A stretch of 64,000 bases of DNA from Sphingopyxis sp. (GTDB taxonomy: Bacteria > Pseudomonadota > Alphaproteobacteria > Sphingomonadales > Sphingomonadaceae), in assembly GCA_038921085.1 (NCBI GenBank), contig JBCKXT010000003.1, positions 31,708 through 95,707 on the forward strand, written 5' to 3'. The translations under genes were made by a program, and so were the position numbers. The notes beneath the pieces were generated by a model. The model saw only the letters and a list, made by a program, of their open reading frames with translations, was not told the origin of the DNA and did no database searches. Each line of letters begins with the position of its first letter. Positions within the stretch are counted from its first letter, which is position 1. Positions 47,040-57,487 of the stretch are shown here, in pieces.

Positions 47040-48065
47040 TTACGCTGCAACCCTGGCAAATTGCAGGAGCGCGTTTTGCACCAGTATCGATCCTGGATTG
47101 TCAGGGGCCTTGAGATCGCGTTCCAGCCCGTGCAAGCGGGTGATGGCGCGGGCCAATTGTCTAGCATTCCAGCGTTCTAGCTGCCGGACGACCGCGTCAG
47201 CGTCTTTCCAAAATATCGCCTTGCCTTGGCTGGCCACGACCTGCCTAGCGCTGATGCCGCCATCCACCGCAACCCGCAGCCGCGCCAACAGGTGGGCGCG
47301 CGCCATCATCGCCCGCACCAGTCTGATGTCAATTGCGCCCACCGCATCAAGCTCGGCCAGACAGCGTGGCAGCAAGGCCGCAAGGCCGCCAAAGGTCGCG
47401 TTGATCGTTTCGCCAAGCTGTGCATCGTCAATATCAGCGCCAATCGCTTGCCAGTCGGGCAAAGCTGCCCGTTTGCGATTGTCGGGTGCGGCATCGCAAT
47501 ACAGCGCCAGTTTTTCGATTTCACGGGCGATTAAGCCGCTCTCGCCACCACTGGCCTGAGCAATGGCGCGGACCACATCCGCAGTGAGGGTGAGGCCAAG
47601 CGGTTCGGCTAGGGCTTGGGCCAGTGGGCCGACATCTTTGACATCTGCCAGATAGGATATGACAGCAATCGCCTGCGGGTCTTTCTCGGCCAATTTGGTC
47701 AGGCGCGACTTGCCGGTCAGGCCCGCAACGGTGACCACCACCGGGTTACCCGCAGCGGTTGCGGACAGCAGATTCTCGATCGCCGGGACGAGCTCATCGC
47801 CATTGCCCGAATCGACACTGACCGACACCCAGCGATGACCGCCAAACAGGCTGATCGAGGCGGCTTCATCGGCAATTATCGCCGGGTCAATGCGGATTTT
47901 TTCCGGGTTGAGATCGACGCGCTCGGCCTCGCTGCCAATCGCCGTGACGACACGGTCGCGCAGCACCCGCGAAGCTGTTTCGTCGGGTCCGCCAAACAGA
48001 TAGAGGCGAACCGCCGGGTCAAGCCGGGCCAGCGACCGCGCTGCCAGATGCGCCTTGACCAGCAT
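47040..48065 (-). CDS. holA: DNA polymerase III delta subunit
   Basis: LYLFGGPD, SLFGG, EIEKLALY; conserved leuS-lptE-holA order. Confidence 0.9.
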   Translation of the reverse strand: MLVKAHLAARSLARLDPAVRLYLFGGPDETASRVLRDRVVTAIGSEAERVDLNPEKIRIDPAIIADEAASISLFGGHRWVSVSVDSGNGDELVPAIENLLSATAAGNPVVVTVAGLTGKSRLTKLAEKDPQAIAVISYLADVKDVGPLAQALAEPLGLTLTADVVRAIAQASGGESGLIAREIEKLALYCDAAPDNRKRAALPDWQAIGADIDDAQLGETINATFGGLAALLPRCLAELDAVGAIDIRLVRAMMARAHLLARLRVAVDGGISARQVVASQGKAIFWKDADAVVRQLERWNARQLARAITRLHGLERDLKAPDNPGSILVQNALLQFARVAA

Positions 48066-48068
48066 CCT

Positions 48069-48584
48069 CTATTGGGCGCTGGCGGCGGACTGGTTGCGGG
48101 CAAATTGGGCGATACGAACGACAATCTGCTCCGCCACCACCTGTGACAGGCGCTCCAGTGCGGTGCGTTCGGCAGCGATGGTCGCATATTCGCTGCTGAC
48201 AACGTCAATCCCAGCATCTGATCCGGCGGTGTCATCGATCAATGTCGTGCCGTCGCTTGTGTCTATCAACTGCCAACGTGCCCGCAAAGTGCGGCGTTCG
48301 CGCGTCACCGAATCATCGGTGCGCACGCCAAATCCGGCGATGTCATCGTCCAGCCGGACATCGACACGATAGCGTGCGGTGGCATCTTCGCCAGCCAGCG
48401 ACAGCCGGTCGCGCAGCGCGCCGCGCACCAGCCAGCCAGCTTCGCCGGATATTGGCGCGATGCTGACCGACGACAATGTGCTCGCCACCGGCCCACGGCT
48501 GCCCCCCGTATAGAGCGGTTGCAGGCCGCAGCCACTGAGCATCATTGCGATCAATACGAACGGGAGGGCGCGGGTGAACATCAT
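48069..48584 (-). CDS. lptE: LPS-assembly lipoprotein LptE
   Basis: [10 protein letters not shown] lipobox; lies between leuS and holA. Confidence 0.88.
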   Translation of the reverse strand: MMFTRALPFVLIAMMLSGCGLQPLYTGGSRGPVASTLSSVSIAPISGEAGWLVRGALRDRLSLAGEDATARYRVDVRLDDDIAGFGVRTDDSVTRERRTLRARWQLIDTSDGTTLIDDTAGSDAGIDVVSSEYATIAAERTALERLSQVVAEQIVVRIAQFARNQSAASAQ

Positions 48585-51169
48585 AGCACAATATTGACCA
48601 GCCGGTCGGGAACGACAACTACTCTTTTTGGACTGGCTCCATTGAGCAGGCGCTGGACCGTGTCATTGGCGAGCGCCAGCGCCTCCAGCGCGGCCTTGTC
48701 CATACCCTTGGCGACGGTGATGGTGCAGCGCAATTTGCCCATCACCTGAATGGCGATAGTGACTTCATCCTCGACCAGCAACGCTGGGTCGGCCACCGGC
48801 CAAGGCGCATCGGCGATCAGGCCCGTCTCGCCCCATGTGCCCCAAATCTCTTCGGCTAGATGGGGCAACATTGGCGCAACCAACAGGACCATTATGCGCG
48901 TAGCATCATCGCGGCTCGCCGAAGGCGCGGCTTTTTCAAGGATATTGGCGAGCGAATAGATTTTGGCGACGGCCTTGTTAAAGGCTAGGGCGTCGATGTC
49001 GGCTGTGACCCCGGCAATCGTCTTGTGCGCCGCCTTGTCGAGTGCGAGGTCGCGGGCACCTCCACGCGCACTTCGCGGTGCGGTGGCTATCCGCCACAGC
49101 CGCTGAACAAAGCGCCAGCACCCCTCGATCCCGCTTTCCGACCATAAAAGATCGCGTTCGGGCGGGCTGTCAGACAGCATGAACCAGCGCACCGCGTCGG
49201 CCCCATATTGGTCGATAATGGCGTCAGGATCGACAACATTCTTTTTCGATTTCGACATTTTCTCGATGCGGCCAACCTCGACTTCGGCATCACTGACTTT
49301 GGAAAAGACTTTGCCGTCTCGATGATCGACCTCATCAGGCGACAGCCACGGCGAACCGATAAAGATCGGATCACCATTAATTGTAATCGGGTCTCCATTG
49401 ATTGTTATTGGAGAGCTATCAGGGTTCTTGTATGTCTCGTGCGTCACCATCCCTTGGGTAAACAGGTTGGCGAACGGCTCCTTGACGTCAATCAGCCCGA
49501 TCTTGGCCAGCGCCCGCGTCCAAAACCGCGCATAGAGCAAATGCAAAATCGCATGTTCCACCCCGCCAATATACTGGCTGACCGGCAACCAGCGGGCGAC
49601 CTCGTCGCGCTTGAACGGTGCATCACTGGGCTGGCTGGCAAAACGCAGGAAATACCAGCTCGAATTGACAAAGGTATCGAGGGTGTCGGTTTCGCGGCGC
49701 GCAGGTTCGCCGCATTGCGGGCAGGGCACGTGCTTCCAGCTTGGGTGCCGGTCCAATGGATTGCCGGGAAAGTCGAACGTCACATCCTCGGGCAGGACGA
49801 CCGGCAGCTGATCCTTTGGCACCGGGACAATGCCGCAACTGTCGCAATGGACCACCGGGATGGGGGTGCCCCAATAGCGTTGACGCGACACACCCCAGTC
49901 GCGCAGCCGCCAGGTGGTTTTGCTTGTCCCCCAGCCCTCAGCCTCGGCCTTGGCTATGATCGCCGCCTTGGCCGCATCGACGCTCATACCGTTGAGGAAA
50001 TGGGAATTGACGATTGCTCCGGGGCCGACATAGGCGGTGTCGCCAGTAAAATGCGCATCACTTGCCTCACCATCGGCGACCACCCGGATGACTGGCAGCG
50101 CATATTTGCGGGCAAAATCGAGGTCGCGCTGGTCGTGCGCGGGGCACCCGAAAATGGCCCCTGTGCCATAATCCATCAGCACATAGTTGACGACCCAGAC
50201 CGGCAGGTGCCAGTTGGGATCGAGCGGGTGTTCCACCGACAATCCGGTGTCAAAGCCCAGCTTTTCTGCGGTATCCAGCTCTGCCTGCGCGGTCCCGCTG
50301 GCGCGGCAGCGGGCGATGAAGCTCGCCAGTTCCGGGGCATTGGCGGACAGGCTTTCGGCAAGCGGATGGTCGGGGGCAACCGCGACAAAACTGGCCCCGA
50401 ACAGCGTATCGGGCCGGGTTGTGAACACCGCCACATCCTCCATCGCGCTGCCCGCCGGAAAGGCAAAGCGGAACTCCAGCCCCTGCGACTTGCCGATCCA
50501 GTTTTCCTGCATCAGCTTGACCTTGTCGGGCCATCCACTCAAGTCGGACAGGCCGTCCAGCAACTCCTCGGCGAAGTCGGTGATTTTCAGAAACCATTGC
50601 GACAATTTGCGGCGTTCAATCACCGCGCCCGAGCGCCAGCCCCGCCCGTCGATCACCTGTTCATTGGCCAGCACCGTCATGTCAACCGGATCCCAATTGA
50701 CATAGCTTTCCTTGCGCGTGACGAGGCCCGCCGCCATCAGGTCGAGGAACAGCGCTTGTTCATGGCCGTAATATTCTGGATCGCAGGTAGCCAGTTCGCG
50801 GCTCCAGTCGATGGCAAGGCCGAGCCGTTTTAGCTGGGCGCGCATCGCTGCGATATTCTGCCGCGTCCAGTCGCCGGGATGAACATTATTTTCCATCGCG
50901 GCGTTTTCAGCCGGCATCCCAAATGCGTCCCAGCCCATCGGGTGGAGCACGGCATGGCCGGTCATCGCCTTGTAGCGCGCAATCACGTCGCCCATCGTAT
51001 AATTGCGGACATGGCCCATGTGGATCCGTCCTGACGGATAGGGAAACATCTCCAGCACATAGGCGGCGGGGCGATCAGGGTGGCGGTCGGCGCGAAAACT
51101 GTCAGTGCTGGCCCATGCATCCTGCCAGCGGCGGTCGGCGGCGAGCGGGTTGAACCGCTGGTCAGTCAT
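48581..51169 (-). CDS. leuS: Leucine-tRNA ligase
   Basis: MFPYPSG, HMGH, FTTRPDT editing domain, KMSKS. Confidence 0.98.
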   Translation of the reverse strand: MTDQRFNPLAADRRWQDAWASTDSFRADRHPDRPAAYVLEMFPYPSGRIHMGHVRNYTMGDVIARYKAMTGHAVLHPMGWDAFGMPAENAAMENNVHPGDWTRQNIAAMRAQLKRLGLAIDWSRELATCDPEYYGHEQALFLDLMAAGLVTRKESYVNWDPVDMTVLANEQVIDGRGWRSGAVIERRKLSQWFLKITDFAEELLDGLSDLSGWPDKVKLMQENWIGKSQGLEFRFAFPAGSAMEDVAVFTTRPDTLFGASFVAVAPDHPLAESLSANAPELASFIARCRASGTAQAELDTAEKLGFDTGLSVEHPLDPNWHLPVWVVNYVLMDYGTGAIFGCPAHDQRDLDFARKYALPVIRVVADGEASDAHFTGDTAYVGPGAIVNSHFLNGMSVDAAKAAIIAKAEAEGWGTSKTTWRLRDWGVSRQRYWGTPIPVVHCDSCGIVPVPKDQLPVVLPEDVTFDFPGNPLDRHPSWKHVPCPQCGEPARRETDTLDTFVNSSWYFLRFASQPSDAPFKRDEVARWLPVSQYIGGVEHAILHLLYARFWTRALAKIGLIDVKEPFANLFTQGMVTHETYKNPDSSPITINGDPITINGDPIFIGSPWLSPDEVDHRDGKVFSKVSDAEVEVGRIEKMSKSKKNVVDPDAIIDQYGADAVRWFMLSDSPPERDLLWSESGIEGCWRFVQRLWRIATAPRSARGGARDLALDKAAHKTIAGVTADIDALAFNKAVAKIYSLANILEKAAPSASRDDATRIMVLLVAPMLPHLAEEIWGTWGETGLIADAPWPVADPALLVEDEVTIAIQVMGKLRCTITVAKGMDKAALEALALANDTVQRLLNGASPKRVVVVPDRLVNIVL

Positions 51170-51181
51170 GGGTCAATATCC

Positions 51182-51321
51182 CTGAGAGCCTTTTTCAGTG
51201 AGATGGAAACATCGAACGGCTCGAAAAAGGCGGTAAACAAAAGCGCTGGCGTTTTCGCCAGGGGAAGCCAGAAAATCATCTAGAGCCACTTTTGATTCCT
51301 CTAATGTGGATAAGGCTCTAG
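51182..51321. repeat. CIR-like repeat with a nested hairpin mini-repeat
   Basis: Reverse complement matches 4373-4478 and additionally carries gcgctggcgttttcgccaggggaagccagaaaa (51243-51275). Confidence 0.85.
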
Positions 51322-51384
51322 AGGCGGACGGCATGGGCGCACCGCCGCCGTTCGCATGATGCGACCCGACCGGACGTAGCCCGA

Positions 51385-51843
51385 TCAGTTGCTGCTGAGC
51401 GCAGACCGGCGCAAATCGCGGGCGCGGGTTAAAATAATCTCCTCGACCCGTTGCACCGTTGCGGCCTGAATGGGGGCATCGACCCAAGCGCCATTCTGGG
51501 CGACCTGACGTGCGCCGGACACCCGCAGCGCGTCGGCCCGCAGATCCCGGTCCAATATCGCCACAGTCAGCTTGACCCGTTCACCGGGGTTTTGTGGGTT
51601 GGCATACCAGTCGGTGATAATCACGCCGCCATTGGAATCGGCCTGTAACAGCGGGGCAAAGGACAAGGCATCGAGCGATGCACGCCACAGATAGGCGTTG
51701 ACCCCGATGGTCGTCACCTGACTTGCAGCCAAGTCGGCGCTGGGGCGTTCGTTGCCACCGGCGCAACCGCCGATGACTAGGCCAAGCGCCACGACACTGG
51801 CCATGGCCACAGGGCGGGAAAAAACTGGGGACATTTTGGTCAT
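51385..51843 (-). CDS. DUF3576-family lipoprotein
   Basis: GVNAYLWRASLDAL, GGVIITDWY, IILTRARDLR; lipobox IGGC. Confidence 0.88.
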   Translation of the reverse strand: MTKMSPVFSRPVAMASVVALGLVIGGCAGGNERPSADLAASQVTTIGVNAYLWRASLDALSFAPLLQADSNGGVIITDWYANPQNPGERVKLTVAILDRDLRADALRVSGARQVAQNGAWVDAPIQAATVQRVEEIILTRARDLRRSALSSN

Positions 51844-52187
51844 GGCTGGTGCACTCTTCCTTTGGCGACAGATTTAACTTCAAGCGACTATATCTTCAAG
51901 CGATAAGGGTTCGCAGCAGCTTTGGCCAAGGTCGCCACAGCCCGCAACCAAGGGCCAACCCAGCGAAGCCCGTTTGGCTTTTAACCGCAGCATGCCGTTC
52001 GGGCAAGCGCAGCCGCAAGTGGTCCGAAAATCTCCCCCAGGCACCATAAAAAAGCGTTGCTGCTGGCGGACATGGAACAGATTGTGCGTTTGGCGCAACA
52101 GTTTCCAGAAAAATGCAGCTGAACCACTGGTAATAGTCTCACAAATCGTGATAAACAGCGATTCTGATTTCGGAGTCGATTACCCGG

Positions 52188-52904
52188 ATGTTCTCTGATC
52201 GCGCCTTTGTTGCTGCTAGCCTGTCGGCCTTGGCTGTCGTGGGTCTTGTCACGACTCCGGCGCTCAGCGCAATTTCGGCCCATGACCATGCGATATCGCT
52301 TTCGGCGCTGGTTGGCCGCTTCACCCCGGCGACCGGCGACCCCATCTTGCTGCGGCGTTTTGCCAGCCTGTCGGACGAAGTGCGCCGTAACTTCAGATTT
52401 ACGCCAGCCTTGCCGCGGACCGAAAATCGCGCCGTAACCTTGGTCGTTCGCGCTCGCCCGGTGATGCCGTCTGCGGGGATTGACTTAGGCCAGCGTCCGG
52501 CTCAGCCGGTGGCGATTACCCCGGTCAGCTATCGACTGGGTTCGGCGATTGGCTATACCGCCTTTGCATCAGCGGCCCGAACTTTGGCGGCCCCACCAGC
52601 GGCAGCGGTGAATATTGCAGCGCTGCCACAGGCGCGCCGCCCAACTGAGCCGACCGCCCGCCATCCCTCACGTTTTGGCGCTGATATGCGGATCGACAGC
52701 CGGACATTGCCCGGCACTGCCGAGCGCGTGTTGGATGCAGACCGCACTTATTCGCTCGATGTGACCGGCAGCTATCGTCTCTCGCGCAATATCGATGTGA
52801 CCGCCGGTGTCCGCTTGCAGCGGGAAAATGACCGCTTGGCCCCGCTGACCGACCAACGTCAGGACAGTCAGGCTGTCTATGTCGGAACCCAGTTCCGCTT
52901 TTAG
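52188..52904 (+). CDS. Secreted/outer-membrane hypothetical protein
   Basis: Signal peptide, amphipathic C-terminal beta strands, terminal YVGTQFRF BAM signal. Confidence 0.7.
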   Translation: MFSDRAFVAASLSALAVVGLVTTPALSAISAHDHAISLSALVGRFTPATGDPILLRRFASLSDEVRRNFRFTPALPRTENRAVTLVVRARPVMPSAGIDLGQRPAQPVAITPVSYRLGSAIGYTAFASAARTLAAPPAAAVNIAALPQARRPTEPTARHPSRFGADMRIDSRTLPGTAERVLDADRTYSLDVTGSYRLSRNIDVTAGVRLQRENDRLAPLTDQRQDSQAVYVGTQFRF

Positions 52905-53533
52905 ACTGGCGCGCCACGCGCCGGCGCACGGTCTGCCCCCTGCATCCACGCGTCAATCCCGGCCCAGCCATGCGCGCCATGGCGGCGGGCCAGAATGAAA
53001 CTCGGCTGATCGACCCCGCCCAGTGCTATCGCGGGGCATCGGGCCATGGCGGCCAGCCGCACCAGCCCGCGCAGACCAAGCGGCTTTGCCTCAGGATGGG
53101 ACCGGGTTGGCCAGACCGGGGAAATCAGCACCGCATTGGCTCGCATCCGCCGCGCCGCCATCGCCTGCTTGGGGTTGTGCACTGCGATGCTCAGAAATCC
53201 GCTGCCGCGCCGCGCATTGCTGCCGAACCGGCCAAGGTGGCAGCCATCATAGGCCCATAGCGATGGCTGGTTCGAGCTATCAGCCAGCAGCAACAGATGG
53301 CGCTTTGCCCGCGCTACGTGCCGGATGGATCGCAGCATCGCCGCATCGCCATGCCCACCCATGGCATAGGGCCGGATGATGATTGCCGATCGGGGCGGCA
53401 TATGTGCGGCAATGTGCGGGATTGCGCTGCCCAGCCGGGCATCGGTCATCAGCCAGCTTTGGGGAACAGCAACAGCCTGCCGCTTTTTCGTGCGGGGTGG
53501 ATTTAGCCGGGGCTGGCGCGAAAGCATCGCCAT
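52901..53533 (-). CDS. Thiamine-phosphate synthase (ThiE/TenI)-like protein
   Basis: WLMTD, AVH, SPVWPTRSHP, IALGG. Confidence 0.8.
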   Translation of the reverse strand: MAMLSRQPRLNPPRTKKRQAVAVPQSWLMTDARLGSAIPHIAAHMPPRSAIIIRPYAMGGHGDAAMLRSIRHVARAKRHLLLLADSSNQPSLWAYDGCHLGRFGSNARRGSGFLSIAVHNPKQAMAARRMRANAVLISPVWPTRSHPEAKPLGLRGLVRLAAMARCPAIALGGVDQPSFILARRHGAHGWAGIDAWMQGADRAPARGAPV

Positions 53534-53551
53534 AGCCTATAGCGTAGGACC

Positions 53552-54316
53552 ATGTTGACGCCAGCAGCCATCGCTCCAGCCCCCTTCGCCAGCGCCCCGC
53601 GTGACCGGCTGACTGCGGTGTTATCAAGCATCTGTGCCGCTGCGCGCGATGCGCGACGCAATGTCGATGACGTCACCTTGATTGCAGTTTCCAAAACCCA
53701 GCCCGCCGCTGCGATTCAGGCGCTGATCGATGCCGGACAGCGGGTTTTTGGCGAAAACCGGGTTCAGGAAGCCGAAGCAAAATGGCCTGCGCTGCTGGCC
53801 GCTAACCCGCCGCTAGCGCAGGCACCGTCGCTTGCGACGGGGGACGCCAGCAAGGGCGCGCTAGGGGAAGGCGAGAAACCGCTAGCGCTGCACATGGTTG
53901 GCCAATTGCAATCGAATAAGGCCGAGGCGGCGGTCCGCCTGTTCGACGCTATTCACTCGCTTGATCGGCCCGCTCTGGTCACGGCGCTGGCGCGGGCGAT
54001 GGATCGTCTGGATCGCCGAGTGCCCTGTTTCATCCAGGTCAATCTGTCCGGAGAGGCGCAAAAGGGCGGATGCCAAGTCGCCGCCATCCCCGCCTTGTTG
54101 GCAGCTGCGCACGACGCAGATGTGCCGGTTGTGGGGCTGATGACGGTTCCGCCGGTCGGACTGGAACCAGCTCCATGGTTTGCCCTGCTCGCCAAACTGG
54201 CCGACGACCATGGCCTGTCCGGCCTTAGCATGGGGATGACGGCGGATTATGCCAGTGCCGTTCGCATCGGCGCGACCCATGTGCGGGTTGGCACGGGGTT
54301 ATTTGGCTCGCGCTAG
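53552..54316 (+). CDS. yggS: PLP homeostasis protein YggS with a repeat-derived insertion
   Basis: IAVSK, FGENRVQE, HMVGQLQSNK, LSMGM, VRVGTGLFG. Confidence 0.94.
   Translation: MLTPAAIAPAPFASAPRDRLTAVLSSICAAARDARRNVDDVTLIAVSKTQPAAAIQALIDAGQRVFGENRVQEAEAKWPALLAANPPLAQAPSLATGDASKGALGEGEKPLALHMVGQLQSNKAEAAVRLFDAIHSLDRPALVTALARAMDRLDRRVPCFIQVNLSGEAQKGGCQVAAIPALLAAAHDADVPVVGLMTVPPVGLEPAPWFALLAKLADDHGLSGLSMGMTADYASAVRIGATHVRVGTGLFGSR
53810..53878 (+). repeat. Nested hairpin mini-repeats in frame in yggS
   Basis: ccgctagcgcag[gcaccgtcgcttgcgacgggggacgccagcaagggc]gcgctaggggaaggcgagaaa; encodes PLAQAPSLATGDASKGALGEGEK. Confidence 0.8.
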
Positions 54317-54366
54317 GGCGGGTTAGCCGAATCGAAAGAGCCTGCCCCGGCGAAGGTAGGGGGCAG

Positions 54367-54545
54367 CCCCTTCCTTCTCCCCTTGAGGGAGAAGGATATG
54401 GAGCCTTAGTCGCATAGCGACTTAGGCGCAGTTGGATGAGGGGTTGGGGCGTATCGACAGGATGATACCCCTCACCCAGCTTCGTCTAGGCTCGTTCCTC
54501 GCCAAGTCTCACGCATCCCTCTCCCTCAAGGGGCGAGGGGAGGGA
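54367..54545. repeat. Long CC(T/C)TCTCCC...GGGAGA palindromic element
   Basis: ccttctccccttgaggggagaagg...gatgagggg...cccctcacccagcttcg...ccctctccctcaaggggcgaggg between convergent genes. Confidence 0.78.
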
Positions 54546-54554
54546 AAGGCCAAA

Positions 54555-57287
54555 TCAAAAGCGCGTGCGCACGGTCAGCCCATAGGTCCGCGGTTCGGCA
54601 AGGAACTGCGAGAAAATCTGGCGACCACCGGGATAATTATTGGCATCGTTAAACGGTGCCGACGATGTCCCGGCCTGGAACGGCGTGTTGAACGCGATCT
54701 GGGCATAATCGACGTTGAACAGGTTCTGCGCCCACAGCTCCACTGACCAGCTGCTGTCCGGACCGCGGATGCCGACGCGGGCATTGACGATGGTGTAACC
54801 ATCCTGTTCCTTTTGCGGGAACAGGTCCGACCCGGTGTTATAATCGCCGGTCATCCGACCATCGACATAGACCAGACCGGACAGACCCGTGTTGCCGATT
54901 TCCGGCGTCCAAGTCACCGAACCGGTTGCAACCAGTTCAGGTGCGTTGGACAGATTATCGCCTGGCAACCGGCGCAATGCCGGAGACAGCGGCGTGCCCA
55001 GTGCGGTGCCAACCAGATTATCATTATAACTGGTGTCGGTGTAGGTCAGGCCAGCCGCCACCCGGAAATTGCGGGCTGGAACAATCGAAGCTTCCAGTTC
55101 AACACCCTGTGCCCGGACGCCATAGGTGACATCGCTCGCGGGGCAGGCCCCGGTGGTCGGGCTGAGGTCACGATCAGCCCCGGCAAGGCTGGTTCCGCAA
55201 CCATTGACCGTCTGGACCAGGAACACCGTGCCGTCGAATGTATTAAGCTGAAAGTTCTGGAAATCCTGACGAAATGCCGCGAGGCTCAGGCTGAATTCGC
55301 GGGTCGCATATTTTGCACCAAATTCATAGGCATCGACAATTTCCGGGTCGAATTGCAGTCTGCTCACGAGCGATTGTGCGCCACCGACCGAAGCAAAGCT
55401 GGCGATCGGACTTTTGAGCGCTGAACGATCGAGGTTGAAGCCTCCTGCCTTATACCCGCGCGAATAGCTGGTATAAAGCAACAGATCATCGGTTGGCCGC
55501 CACGAAGCAATTACAGTGCCGCTAAACTCACTTTCGCTGCGGCGGTCATTGATGCTGACGCCATTCAGTTCAGAAGTGGTATTGCCCTGACAGGACAGGC
55601 CGATGATGCCGCCCACGAGGGGTACCAGTCCCGGAATGGCCAAGAACCCGCTAAGATTGGTCTGGTTGGTGACGCAGGCGGTGTTGTCATTGCCGAATGT
55701 GGCATCGAACCGCTTGCGCTCGCTGGTATAACGCAGGCCCAATGTCACATCGAACGTATCGGTCAGATGGATGATATTGTGGGTAAAGAGGGCATAGTTA
55801 CGGCTGTTTTGATTATACTGATCGGTCGTGCTGCCGCGATTGCTAATGCCATCAAGCTGGAGAAGGCCAGCCAGCAAGGTTGGGCCAGCTGCGCCAAAGG
55901 CACCAGAGAATACGGCCTGCGATGCGATGCAGCCCGCCGAGGTCGGTGAATAGAGCCCGGCGAGGCCGCCGCCCGAAATGATGCGACATGCGGCAAAACG
56001 GCCAAATTGAGTGCCAAAGCGCAGATTGTCCCGCACCTTCAGCTCTTCATTGGCGAAATAGCCCCCGACCAGCCAGTCGAGTGCACCGTTGAATGCTTCG
56101 CCCTGCAAGCGCAATTCCTGAGTGAATGTCTGGAACTGGCGAAAATTGCTGGTGTTGCTGGGGGTGCGGAACAGGATGTCGACCGCGCTATAGCCACCGG
56201 CCAAACCCTGGCCTGCCTTGTAATCGCGATAGGCGGTGATCGAGGTCAGATTGGCACCGCCCAGGTCCCAATTGACCTGCAGCGACACGCCGCCATCTGT
56301 GGCTTTCCCGGCATAGCTGCGCCCCAGAGGCACAGACAAAGTGCGGTCATAGCCCGGGTTGAAGCGGGCCAGCGGCTGGCCCAGATCGCGCAACACGTTG
56401 ATGATGTTGTTGCCGGTCGGCAATGTTGCGCCGATGCCCAGATTGTTGAGGTTGCCAATGAACGGGTTGACGGTTTGGTCGACATAAATGGCGCCGCAGC
56501 ATTTTTCGCTCCGGCGCGAATAATCACCGATCAAACGCAGCGTGATGCTGTCGCTTGGTTCCCACAGCAACTGGCCGCGCACGAAAAAGCGGTCGCGGTC
56601 GTTGACGGTGGTATTGTTTGTCGGGTCGCGGTAAAATCCGTCACGCTTGACATAAACACCGTCAATCCGGGCAGCGAGTGTCTCGCTGATCGGGCCGGTC
56701 AAGCCGCCAGCCAGACGGATATTGTCATAATTGCCATAGGTTGCTTCAAAATTGCCGCCGAAATCAAAATCAGGCTTGCGCGAAATGATGCTGATCATCC
56801 CGGCAGAGGCATTGCGCCCACCCAATGTCCCTTGCGGTCCGCGCAACACTTCGACACGCTCAATCTCGCCCAGCTCATTAAGGCCAATGCCTGAGCGTGA
56901 ACGATAGACGCCGTCAATGAACACCGCGACCGAGCTTTCAAGGCCGGGGTTATCCCCGACCGTGCCGATGCCGCGAATACGGGCCGAACCATTGGCCTCC
57001 GAACCGGTCGAGGATACCAACAGCGACGGCGCGATCTGGTTGAGCTGACGAATATCGTTGGCACCGCTGTTTTGCATGGTTTCGGCAGAGATTGCAGACA
57101 CTGCAACGGGCACGTCCGACAGCAATTGTGCGCGGCCCTGGGCAATGACTATAATATCGCCGCTGTTTTCTTCGTCGGCGGCTGCGGCATCGACCGCAGA
57201 GGTTTGGGCAAAGGCGGGCGAGCAAAGCGCAATGGCGCTGGCGGACAGCAACATGGTGGCAAATTTGGCGGTGTGGGCGGCGCGCAT
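54555..57287 (-). CDS. TonB-dependent receptor
   Basis: Signal peptide, TonB box DIIVIA, plug motif EVLRGPQGTLGG, C-terminal EPRTYGLTVRTRF. Confidence 0.95.
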   Translation of the reverse strand: MRAAHTAKFATMLLSASAIALCSPAFAQTSAVDAAAADEENSGDIIVIAQGRAQLLSDVPVAVSAISAETMQNSGANDIRQLNQIAPSLLVSSTGSEANGSARIRGIGTVGDNPGLESSVAVFIDGVYRSRSGIGLNELGEIERVEVLRGPQGTLGGRNASAGMISIISRKPDFDFGGNFEATYGNYDNIRLAGGLTGPISETLAARIDGVYVKRDGFYRDPTNNTTVNDRDRFFVRGQLLWEPSDSITLRLIGDYSRRSEKCCGAIYVDQTVNPFIGNLNNLGIGATLPTGNNIINVLRDLGQPLARFNPGYDRTLSVPLGRSYAGKATDGGVSLQVNWDLGGANLTSITAYRDYKAGQGLAGGYSAVDILFRTPSNTSNFRQFQTFTQELRLQGEAFNGALDWLVGGYFANEELKVRDNLRFGTQFGRFAACRIISGGGLAGLYSPTSAGCIASQAVFSGAFGAAGPTLLAGLLQLDGISNRGSTTDQYNQNSRNYALFTHNIIHLTDTFDVTLGLRYTSERKRFDATFGNDNTACVTNQTNLSGFLAIPGLVPLVGGIIGLSCQGNTTSELNGVSINDRRSESEFSGTVIASWRPTDDLLLYTSYSRGYKAGGFNLDRSALKSPIASFASVGGAQSLVSRLQFDPEIVDAYEFGAKYATREFSLSLAAFRQDFQNFQLNTFDGTVFLVQTVNGCGTSLAGADRDLSPTTGACPASDVTYGVRAQGVELEASIVPARNFRVAAGLTYTDTSYNDNLVGTALGTPLSPALRRLPGDNLSNAPELVATGSVTWTPEIGNTGLSGLVYVDGRMTGDYNTGSDLFPQKEQDGYTIVNARVGIRGPDSSWSVELWAQNLFNVDYAQIAFNTPFQAGTSSAPFNDANNYPGGRQIFSQFLAEPRTYGLTVRTRF

Positions 57288-57487
57288 AATATCTCTCCTA
57301 CAGTTTGAACTCGCTTACCAGCATGGGTTGTTGATGCGGTCAGGTCCAATCACAGCAATTCTATGAGCATTATTGCGGCAATGCCAAGGGGTTGCGCTGC
57401 ACAGTCTGCGATTTTGCCAACACTGCGACTTCCAAGTCACACCCATTCCGGGTCGTGGAATGTTCCATTCCCATATATTCAGCGCAC

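Noticed and set aside
49208-50833. Long antisense/overlapping ORFs (also 8595-9845, 32988-33872, 15052-15963, 56007-56894)
   Set aside because: Shadow frames of well-supported genes in GC-rich DNA, with no recognisable motifs.
57290-57485. Cobalamin riboswitch upstream of the TonB-dependent receptor
   Set aside because: Conserved B12-box elements are not recognisable.
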